A stretch of 64,000 nucleotides of DNA from a virus (lineage: Duplodnaviria; Caudoviricetes): IMG/VR virus record IMGVR_UViG_3300033075_001021; one strand, given 5' to 3'. Positions 56,403 through 64,000 of this stretch are shown piece by piece. Positions within the stretch are counted from its first letter, which is position 1, and every line of letters starts with the position of its first letter. A program made the position numbers and the translations under genes. Under the pieces are notes generated by a model, which worked only from the letters and a program-made list of their open reading frames with translations, had not been told where the DNA came from and made no database searches.

Positions 56403-56969
56403 ATGTTAAAATCAGAACAAATTGTAAAAAACACCAAAAAATTCTTCCAAACAGCGCTAGAACACGGTATTATGAACGATGAACTTATGACCTTTTTAGG
56501 CGAAGAATTCATCAAAGCCCCTGCCACCGCAATGAAAGACCAATATAACGCATTTGAAGGTGGTTTAATAGACCACCTTTTAAATGTAACTAAGTATGCG
56601 GTTATATTTAACAACGCCCTTCCAGAGACAGAAAAAGTAGACCAAAAGTCACTCATCCGTGTATGTCTCCTACATCAAATAGGAAAGGCCCATCTCTACA
56701 CTCCATGCCAATCAGAGTGGCATCGTAACAATCAAGGTAAAATGTACGAATACAAGAATGACCAAGTAGCCATGCGTGTGGCTGAGCGTTCATTGTATTA
56801 CGCTCTAAATCACGGTATTAAGCTTACCGATGAAGAGTATGCTGCCATCCTTATGTCCGACAAAACTGACGACAAGATGGCCGAATACCACAATACAATG
56901 CTTGGTGATTTATTAAAAACCGCAGCACTTTTTGCGATTAAAAACGAAAAAAAGAGAGCCAATGACTAA
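56403..56969 (+). CDS. YhaM-like HD-fold protein with degenerate metal ligands
   Basis: APA......AFEGGLIDHLLNV...LLHQIGK..Y, with HQ in place of HD. Start moved to ATG 56403, downstream of the promoter. Confidence 0.7.
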   Translation: MLKSEQIVKNTKKFFQTALEHGIMNDELMTFLGEEFIKAPATAMKDQYNAFEGGLIDHLLNVTKYAVIFNNALPETEKVDQKSLIRVCLLHQIGKAHLYTPCQSEWHRNNQGKMYEYKNDQVAMRVAERSLYYALNHGIKLTDEEYAAILMSDKTDDKMAEYHNTMLGDLLKTAALFAIKNEKKRAND

Positions 56970-57543
56970 TAACGAATTATATGATAAAATGCAAGAAAGA
57001 ATCTTGGATATAGCCAATCCAAATGTTGACTATACACAAGAAGATTTTGATAAAGAATTTGGTTTGTTTACGGTTACAAACTTTGATTTTGCAAAGATTC
57101 ATATCAATTTTGTTAACAAATCTAAGAACCAAAATCCAGAATATGCAACGGATGGTTCAAGTGGATTTGATTTAAGAGCTAATCTTGAAACACCATTTAC
57201 ACTTGAAAGTGGAAAATTTGCGGTTATTCCGACTGGTTTATTTTTTGAAATACCACAAAACTTTGAAATACAAGTAAGGCCAAGGAGTGGATTGGCAGCA
57301 AAATGGGGGGTTACGGTATTAAACACACCAGGCACCGTTGACGCTGATTATCGAGGTGAAGTAAAGGTGATACTTATCAATCACGGTCAAGAACCATTTG
57401 TAATTAACAGTGGTGATAGAATCGCACAAGGTGTTATCGCTAGCGTTTACGGAAAAAATATTATCTCACTCAACCAAGTTTCAAAAATCACAGATAGAAC
57501 AGAACGCTCATCTGGTGGTTTTGGTCATACAGGTATTAAATAA
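56962..57543 (+). CDS. dut: Trimeric dUTPase
   Basis: GFDL, RPRSGLA, GTVDADYRGE, GDRIAQ, R..GGFGHTG (motifs I-V); N-terminal extension of about 45 aa. Confidence 0.95.
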   Translation: MTNNELYDKMQERILDIANPNVDYTQEDFDKEFGLFTVTNFDFAKIHINFVNKSKNQNPEYATDGSSGFDLRANLETPFTLESGKFAVIPTGLFFEIPQNFEIQVRPRSGLAAKWGVTVLNTPGTVDADYRGEVKVILINHGQEPFVINSGDRIAQGVIASVYGKNIISLNQVSKITDRTERSSGGFGHTGIK

Positions 57544-57549
57544 ATAAAC

Positions 57550-58536
57550 ATGAAATTAGACTTCAACGATTTGCTAATTGTTCCAAAAGAAATTAGTAGT
57601 ATTACCACTAGGTCAATTATCAATCCATATGTTAATGGTAAACTACCATTAATTACAGCTCCGATGGATACCGTTTTATCTGAAACAAATGCTAAATTTT
57701 TCAGTGAAAATAAAATTGAAATTTGCCAACCAAGATATCACCAAATAGAGGATGGTTTTAGGTCTTATTCAATTCAACAAATGCGAAATCTGTATAATTC
57801 AAAGCAATTGAAAAATGGAAAATATTTGATTGATATTGCAAATGGGCATATGGATAGCGTATTGCATTTAACCAAAGCAATAAAAAAAAGAGAACCAGCG
57901 ATAACATTAATGGTTGGAAACATTGCCAATCCAGAAACTTATCGTATATTATCAGAAGCTGGTGCTGATTATATTAGGGTCGGCATAGGCAATGGTGGTG
58001 GCTGTTTAACAACCCAAAACACTGGTGTTGGGTATCCGATGGCCTCTTTGATAAGAGAGTGTTATGAAATATCAACAACACTTAAAAATCCAGCATATAT
58101 TGTCGCCGATGGTGGCATGAAAGATTATAGTGATATTATTAAGGCATTAGCATTAGGTGCCGACTACGTAATGTTAGGTAGTATATTGAACAAGTCGCTT
58201 GAATCGGCTGGTGATAACTTCCTGTGGAAGAAAATTAAGGTACCACAAAAAGTCGCTGAATTTGCCTACAGACATGGTGTTCCAGTTTATAAGCTATTCA
58301 GGGGTATGAGTACAAAAGAAGTTCAGAAAAAATGGGGTGCCGAGAAAATAAAAACCTCAGAGGGTGTTGTTAGATATCGTAAAGTTGAATACACACTCTC
58401 ACAATGGACCGAAAATTTTGAACACTATTTACGTTCAGCTATGAGTTATGCTGGCGCTTTAAACCTTAATGAATTTATCGGAAAAGCCAATCTTGTTCAA
58501 ATAACAGATAATGCATATAAACGTTTTAACAAATAA
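57550..58536 (+). CDS. IMP dehydrogenase / GMP reductase family enzyme without CBS domains
   Basis: LDFNDLLIVP, TAPMDTV, IDIANGH, VGIGNGGGCLTT, ADGG...DIIKALALGADYVMLG, FRGMS, SEGV, LRSAMSY.G. Confidence 0.88.
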   Translation: MKLDFNDLLIVPKEISSITTRSIINPYVNGKLPLITAPMDTVLSETNAKFFSENKIEICQPRYHQIEDGFRSYSIQQMRNLYNSKQLKNGKYLIDIANGHMDSVLHLTKAIKKREPAITLMVGNIANPETYRILSEAGADYIRVGIGNGGGCLTTQNTGVGYPMASLIRECYEISTTLKNPAYIVADGGMKDYSDIIKALALGADYVMLGSILNKSLESAGDNFLWKKIKVPQKVAEFAYRHGVPVYKLFRGMSTKEVQKKWGAEKIKTSEGVVRYRKVEYTLSQWTENFEHYLRSAMSYAGALNLNEFIGKANLVQITDNAYKRFNK

Positions 58537-60185
58537 TGATTAGTGTAATATATTGTACAAGAGAAACAAATCCAAACCATGTTGAGCATTTAAAGAAAAC
58601 ATCTGGACTACATAAAAATCTTGAAGTTATTGAAATAATCAATAATGGTGAGGATTTAACCAAATCATATAATCGTGGTTTAAACCTAGCCACGAATGAT
58701 ATCGTCGTGTTTTGTCACGACGATATTACTATTGAAACCAATAACTGGGGAAATAAGCTTATCAAACTTTTCAAAAACAATCCAGACTACGGAATCATTG
58801 GCGTTGCTGGAACAAAATATCTGGCCGATACTGGTAAGTGGTGGGAAGATAGAAAGAAGATGTATGGCCGTGTGGCACACACACATGAAGGTAATACTTG
58901 GTTATCGTCATACAGTGACGATTTAGGTCAAGAATTAGAAGAAGTTGTTGTAGTTGATGGTGTATTCTTTGCCATTGATAAACAAATTGCTATCATTCCA
59001 TTTGACGAATCAGTCAAAGGTTTTCACTTTTACGATGTTACATTTTGTTTTCAAAACTACCTAAATAACACTAAAATTGGCGTTACCACCATGGTAAGAG
59101 TTAATCATAGGTCTATTGGTATGACCAATGAACAATGGGATGAAAACAGAAAAGAATTCGCTGAAAGATATAGTGACAAACTACCAGTTAAAATCAAAAA
59201 AGTTCTTCGTAAAAATGAAAAGCTTAAAGTTTTAATTGGATGTCTCAACTTTAATAGTTTTACTGGCTCTGAACTCTACGTCTTTGAATTAGCTAAAGCG
59301 TTGGTTAAACAAAATTGCGACGTTACCGTGTGTTCAAATATTGGTAATCCATTAGCTATGGTTGCTAAACAACACGGAATCAAATTAGCCACCCTTCAAG
59401 AACCACCTGGTTTTAAATTAGGTGATGGTGAATGGTCATTAAAGAGTGTACAGGGTGAAGTCAAGTCACAACCAAACACACTATATAAGCTTAGCGATGT
59501 TAATTTTGATGTATTACACTTAAACCATACACCAGTAACAGAACACCTTCTTAGATTGTATCCAGATACACCAACAATTTGTAGTATACATTCTGAAGTA
59601 ATTGCACTTGAGAACCCTGTTGTTAACCCACAAATCAAGAAATATATTGCAATACGGCCAGAAATCAAAGACCATATTGTCAGGAACTTTAAAATACCTG
59701 AAGAAATTGTTGATGTGGTGTATAATCCGATTGACGCAGTTAGATTTAAACCTTTAAATCAAACCAAAAAAAACGACAAAAAAAGAATTCTATTTGTTGG
59801 TACTATTGATTATCTTAGGCGAGAAACAATAATGGACCTTATTGAAACAACACGTATCAATAATGAAGAATTGTGGATTGTGGGTAAGAAAAATGAAAAC
59901 TATCTTGATGAAGCGCTTCAGAACGCACCACACGTAAAATACTTCGAACCAACGAACAAGGTAGAAAAGTTTATTCAGGATTGTGATGAAACTGCTGGTA
60001 TTCTTTTAGGTAGAACAACAATTGAGGGTTGGTTATGTGGAAAAGGCGGTTGGATATATGATGTTGACTCAGCGGGTAGCATTAAATCCAAGTCTTTTCA
60101 TCCAGTACCATCCGATGTCGAGAAATTTAAGAGTGAAAATGTTGCAAAAGAAATAATTCAAGAATACAAACAAATACTTGATTAA
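58536..60185 (+). CDS. Bifunctional glycosyltransferase (GT-A + GT-B fusion)
   Basis: N-half: SYNRGL...VVFCHDD, FDE...FHFYD. C-half: GSELYVFELAKAL, VVYNPID..RF, ILFVG, GRTTIEGW.CG. Confidence 0.85.
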   Translation: MISVIYCTRETNPNHVEHLKKTSGLHKNLEVIEIINNGEDLTKSYNRGLNLATNDIVVFCHDDITIETNNWGNKLIKLFKNNPDYGIIGVAGTKYLADTGKWWEDRKKMYGRVAHTHEGNTWLSSYSDDLGQELEEVVVVDGVFFAIDKQIAIIPFDESVKGFHFYDVTFCFQNYLNNTKIGVTTMVRVNHRSIGMTNEQWDENRKEFAERYSDKLPVKIKKVLRKNEKLKVLIGCLNFNSFTGSELYVFELAKALVKQNCDVTVCSNIGNPLAMVAKQHGIKLATLQEPPGFKLGDGEWSLKSVQGEVKSQPNTLYKLSDVNFDVLHLNHTPVTEHLLRLYPDTPTICSIHSEVIALENPVVNPQIKKYIAIRPEIKDHIVRNFKIPEEIVDVVYNPIDAVRFKPLNQTKKNDKKRILFVGTIDYLRRETIMDLIETTRINNEELWIVGKKNENYLDEALQNAPHVKYFEPTNKVEKFIQDCDETAGILLGRTTIEGWLCGKGGWIYDVDSAGSIKSKSFHPVPSDVEKFKSENVAKEIIQEYKQILD

Positions 60186-61249
60186 TGAAAAAAACCGTAA
60201 TTACGATAACGGGTATTCGACCAGATTTCATTAGAATGTCTGAAATATTTAAAAAGCTTGATGAGAATTTTAATCATATTCTTATACATAGTGGTCAACA
60301 TTATGATAAGCTTTTATCTGACGTATTTTTTGAAGAATTAGAAATTCGTAAACCAGACTATAATCTTGCAATTGGTGGGCCAAATAAAGAGCATTTTCAT
60401 CAAGCCGCTGACCTTTCAATAAAGGTTATTGAGCTTATTAGGGAAAAAAATCTAAACCCAGATTTAATTATTTTTTTAGGCGATTCAAATTCGGTTGTAT
60501 GTTCGGTCCCACTTAAAAAAGAAGGTTATAAAATTGCACATATAGAAGCTGGAATGCGTTCTGGTGATAACAGAATGTTAGAAGAAATTAATAGAAAAGT
60601 TTGTGATACATGTAGCGACTTATTATTTGTTTATCACGATAATTACAGAATGAAATTAGCTAATGAAAACATTACTAAAGGTGTATATGTTGTTGGAAAC
60701 ACAATTGTCGAGGTCGCTAGTAAATTTATTCCTTTGGAACAAAAACGTAACGATAGGATATTGTTAGATATTCATAGGCCTGAGAACTTTAAATATAAAG
60801 AAAGGCTTGAGAATATTGTAGAATATTCAAAAATGATGGCAAATAAATTTCATGTCCCAATTTTTATGCTTGAGTTTCCTAGGACAATGAAAGCAATTGA
60901 TGAGTTTAGAATTGATTTAGGTGAAATTGATGCTGTCCCTCTTCAACCGTTTAAGAAGTATTTACATCAAGTTTATCATTCAAAATTTATTATTTCAGAT
61001 TCTGGGACAGCGCAAGAAGAACCAGCTTTGTTAAAAACACCTGTAATTGTTCCAAGAGATTATACTGAAAGACCAGAATCACTAATATATAGCTGTTCAT
61101 ATATGATTGATGTTAATACAAAACATAATTTAACGTGGGATATATCGTCTGATTTCATTCAAAATGGTTATACATCCATGGATAACAGTTGGCTTGGGGA
61201 TGGGACCACATCCGATAAAATAATTGAAACATTAAAGAATGTGTTATGA
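60185..61249 (+). CDS. wecB: UDP-N-acetylglucosamine 2-epimerase (non-hydrolysing family)
   Basis: GIRPDFI, HSGQHYD, GDSNS, HIEAGMRS, EEINR, HRPEN, SDSGTAQEE, ERPE. Confidence 0.9.
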   Translation: MKKTVITITGIRPDFIRMSEIFKKLDENFNHILIHSGQHYDKLLSDVFFEELEIRKPDYNLAIGGPNKEHFHQAADLSIKVIELIREKNLNPDLIIFLGDSNSVVCSVPLKKEGYKIAHIEAGMRSGDNRMLEEINRKVCDTCSDLLFVYHDNYRMKLANENITKGVYVVGNTIVEVASKFIPLEQKRNDRILLDIHRPENFKYKERLENIVEYSKMMANKFHVPIFMLEFPRTMKAIDEFRIDLGEIDAVPLQPFKKYLHQVYHSKFIISDSGTAQEEPALLKTPVIVPRDYTERPESLIYSCSYMIDVNTKHNLTWDISSDFIQNGYTSMDNSWLGDGTTSDKIIETLKNVL

Positions 61250-62052
61250 TTTCTATTGCCACACCATATTATAATCGTAAACCTCAGTTTATCAATACAC
61301 TTAAAACGATTCAAAAGTCTAAACAAATTGATAATCTTGAATTAATTGTTGTTGATGATTGCTCATCCGATGAACATAAGTTAGACGATATTCCAGACCA
61401 ATTTCCATTTGTTAAGGTGATTACACTTAAGAAAGAAGATAGGTTTTATATCAATCCGTGTATTCCCTTTAATAAAGCCATAAAAGCAGCAACAGGGGAT
61501 ATTATTGTGTTACAAAATCCAGAATGTTTACATGTTGGTGATATTTTAACCGACATCGTAAATCGAATTACGGATGACAATTATCTCACCTATGGTGTTT
61601 ATTCAGCGAGTCAAGAAATTAGTTCTTATATTAATGAACTACCGTTTGAAAATGAACATATTTTTAATATGATTAAATCACAGTTAATGCCAATGAACAA
61701 TATCAACTATGTTAGTGAGGGGCAATCATGTTGGTATAATCATTCAATTTATCGACCAGCGGCGTATCACTTTGTTGCTGCAATATCAAAGAAAAATATG
61801 GACAAATTAGGCGGCTTTGATGAAAGATATTATAATGGTATTGGTTTTGATGACGATGAATTCTTATATAGGATAAAGGTTTTGGGTTTAAATATTGAAA
61901 TACACGATAATCCGTTTGCGGTTCATCAATGGCATTATAGTGAAAACAATTTTTTTGCTAATGCTGATAATGTTAGTTTAGCTATACAGCGTAACCAAGA
62001 TTTATTTAATAATGTAACAAAAAAGTTTAAAAAACCAAATGTTAATTCCTAG
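61246..62052 (+). CDS. GT2-family glycosyltransferase
   Basis: ISIATPYYNR, IVVDDCSSD, FNKAIKAATGD, GGFDERY..GFDDDEF..R. Confidence 0.88.
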   Translation: MISIATPYYNRKPQFINTLKTIQKSKQIDNLELIVVDDCSSDEHKLDDIPDQFPFVKVITLKKEDRFYINPCIPFNKAIKAATGDIIVLQNPECLHVGDILTDIVNRITDDNYLTYGVYSASQEISSYINELPFENEHIFNMIKSQLMPMNNINYVSEGQSCWYNHSIYRPAAYHFVAAISKKNMDKLGGFDERYYNGIGFDDDEFLYRIKVLGLNIEIHDNPFAVHQWHYSENNFFANADNVSLAIQRNQDLFNNVTKKFKKPNVNS

Positions 62053-62836
62053 GATAATGAATTTTTATTGGGGTGGTCAAAATCTATCATACCTACAATA
62101 TTTAACAATATTGAGTTTTCATAAATTTAATCCTTTATGGAGAATTGTTTTACATACCCCAATAGAACCGTCAAACGAAATTACTTGGATAACAGATGAA
62201 CATAGCGTTAACTATATAGGACCAAATTATTTGGATGATTTAAAATCACTTCAATATGTGAATTTTAATGTTGTTGATTTTAATGAAATTGGTTTTTTTA
62301 ATAATTCCCCAGAAGTCTTTAAATCTGATTATCTTAGATGGTATTTACTATCAACACAAGGTGGTGGATGGTCTGATATGGATATTCTTTACATTAAGCC
62401 GCTAAATGAATTGATAGACGCGAAGATACAAAATTTAGTTTGCTTAGGTAAATATGGTAATATAATTGGGTTTTTGCTTTCAATACCAAATAACCCTTTA
62501 TTTAAGAGACTTTTGGATAATTCTATTCATTATTTTAATCCTAGCGATTATCAATCAATTGGTTCAAAGTTAATGAATATATTTTATCCAAACGAAACTA
62601 GTTTATTTTATGAGTTCCCAATGACAAAAAACATTGATATGGATTCATTTTACAAAATAAATCATGAAAATTTGATTGATTTATTCTATAATAATAGAAT
62701 AGATGTTATTACTGATGACGTAATCGGTGTTCATTGGTATAATGGTTCAAACATAGCTAAACAATATAATAACGAATATTCACAGGGAAAACGAAGTGAC
62801 TGTACAATAAATGAAATAATAAAAAAAATAATATGA
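62039..62836 (+). CDS. DXD-motif glycosyltransferase (GT32/Och1-like)
   Basis: IPRIMNFYWGG...SDYLRWYLL...GGGWSDMD. Confidence 0.85.
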   Translation: MLIPRIMNFYWGGQNLSYLQYLTILSFHKFNPLWRIVLHTPIEPSNEITWITDEHSVNYIGPNYLDDLKSLQYVNFNVVDFNEIGFFNNSPEVFKSDYLRWYLLSTQGGGWSDMDILYIKPLNELIDAKIQNLVCLGKYGNIIGFLLSIPNNPLFKRLLDNSIHYFNPSDYQSIGSKLMNIFYPNETSLFYEFPMTKNIDMDSFYKINHENLIDLFYNNRIDVITDDVIGVHWYNGSNIAKQYNNEYSQGKRSDCTINEIIKKII

Positions 62837-64000
62837 AAATAATTGGTTTTACACAACTACGAAATGAGTTATCAAAGGGTAATTTAGAAAATTGGTTTAA
62901 ACAAATGTCAGTATGTGACTACATATACATATTTGACCAAAATTCAGATGACGGCAGTCTCGAATACTATAAAAAATTTGATAACGTTGTCGTTATTGAG
63001 TCACCAACAAATCGTTTTAATGAAGAGTTGATTTGTAAAAAAGAACTACTAGATAAATTATTATTTGACCATCCAGATACAGACTGGATTTTATGGTTAG
63101 ATGGCGATTTATTATTAGACGGTAGATTACTTGCTAATGATGGTAAAGAACTAAAAGAATTATGTAGATTAGGAAGCGTACACAAGATAGATGGTTATCT
63201 CTTTAATCACTATAATCTATGGAGAAGTGATATCTATTATCGTGTCGATGACCAATATCATTCATTAGATGGCAACTGGTGTCCGTTATGGAGAAATAAC
63301 GGGAACCTTAAATTTGATGCCACCGCTGGGCTACACCTACTTCAATACCCAAAAGGTATGCAAAACCTAAAACACACACCATATGCCGTTGTACACAGAG
63401 GATTTGCTACTGATTATCAAATCATAACGAAATACGAAGTATATAAGGCAAATGGGCAAAATGGTTGGAAACTTGAGAGATTACTGGATGAATATACACT
63501 AACAGTACACGAACTTGAGCGTGAATTACTTCCAGAGTGGTTTGAAGTCACCGATGATGTGAATCCAATAAACAAACGTAGGTTAAGAGAGATTTATGAA
63601 GAACAAAAAGGTATTACAAAACCAATAAATAAAAACCTTGAAATTATTACACTTATTTTCAAGTCAATAGATTATCTTGACCTAATCTATAATGAATTAA
63701 AAAGTGATAAGTGTAAAGTTGATGGTTGGGAAATAACACACAGAATTGTAGCAAATGATGCAACACCTGAGGTAATTGAAAAGCTAAAGACGCTAGATAT
63801 TCCATATACAATTTATAATGACCCAAAACCAGACGATTATTATCTGAACCGTGTATATCGTTGTTGGAACTTTGCTGGTAAAACAAGTAAGGCTGACAAT
63901 ATTTGTTTTGTTAATTCAGATATGGTTTTCAGTAAAGATTGGTTGGGTAATTTATTAAAGCACCATAACGGGATTAATATTCCGTGTTCAAGATTGGTAG
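62833..64000 (+). CDS. Tandem GT2-like glycosyltransferase (3' end beyond window)
   Basis: Manual translation from ATG 62833: MKIIGFTQLRNE...IFDQNSDDGS...WILWLDGD, then a second domain LEIITLIF...IVAND...WNFAG...ICFVNSDMVFSKDWL; frame open to the window end. Confidence 0.8.
   Translation, partial: MKIIGFTQLRNELSKGNLENWFKQMSVCDYIYIFDQNSDDGSLEYYKKFDNVVVIESPTNRFNEELICKKELLDKLLFDHPDTDWILWLDGDLLLDGRLLANDGKELKELCRLGSVHKIDGYLFNHYNLWRSDIYYRVDDQYHSLDGNWCPLWRNNGNLKFDATAGLHLLQYPKGMQNLKHTPYAVVHRGFATDYQIITKYEVYKANGQNGWKLERLLDEYTLTVHELERELLPEWFEVTDDVNPINKRRLREIYEEQKGITKPINKNLEIITLIFKSIDYLDLIYNELKSDKCKVDGWEITHRIVANDATPEVIEKLKTLDIPYTIYNDPKPDDYYLNRVYRCWNFAGKTSKADNICFVNSDMVFSKDWLGNLLKHHNGINIPCSRLV

Noticed and set aside
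56403-58536. 2-aminoadenine (Z-genome) pathway suggested by HD + dUTPase + purine enzyme
   Set aside because: No PurZ/PurA-like gene in the window, the HD protein lacks its catalytic residues, and the dUTPase has canonical trimeric motifs.
3063-63886. Numerous short antisense or alternate-frame ORFs in the track (e.g. 13623..14336 +, 28163..28606 +, 43444..43830 +, 46298..46654 -)
   Set aside because: They lie wholly inside well-supported genes, mirror their codon bias or repeats, and lack their own promoters or motifs.
1-64000. Stop-codon reassignment, as seen in some large phages
   Set aside because: Standard-code ORFs tile the window densely and core genes are uninterrupted; TAG (8321, 25060) and TGA (30792, 62836) act as stops.
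1-64000. tRNA or rRNA genes
   Set aside because: Intergenic gaps are short and AT-rich, and none shows a cloverleaf or T-loop motif by eye.

Overview
The window is a gene-dense, AT-rich segment of a large contractile-tailed (myovirus-type, probably jumbo) dsDNA phage read in the standard code. The host is most likely Bacteroidota: nine TTG-N20-TAnnTTTG-type promoters precede the enzyme genes and there are no Shine-Dalgarno motifs. In order it holds: a partial gp32-like SSB; baseplate proteins (one with a tail-lysozyme domain, one with an inserted OmpA-like domain); an HNH endonuclease; tape measure; a frameshifted tail-chaperone pair; two tube genes; a large putative head-packaged protein; the sheath; long fibre and neck genes; a SNF2 helicase, glutaredoxin and family B DNA polymerase; a fibre/spike array (beta-helix, collagen, 17-aa repeat, LamG-like, S74); a late operon with a WYL protein; and a nucleotide/glycan block (degenerate HD protein, dUTPase, IMPDH/GMPR, UDP-GlcNAc 2-epimerase, about 7 glycosyltransferase domains). 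The leading hypothesis is a phage-encoded virion O-glycosylation system: a [S/T]-[G/A]-x-[T/S] tetrapeptide recurs densely in unrelated, probably surface-exposed virion proteins but hardly at all in the enzymes, next to a large glycosyltransferase cluster. Other signals are an ATATTTAT late-promoter candidate (essentially the reverse complement of the T4 late promoter), two ORF-less promoter-palindrome-terminator units with near-identical promoters, a +1/-2 frameshift at a U7 run, and a WYL protein with head-packaging motifs. All calls were made by eye from motifs; no database searches were run.
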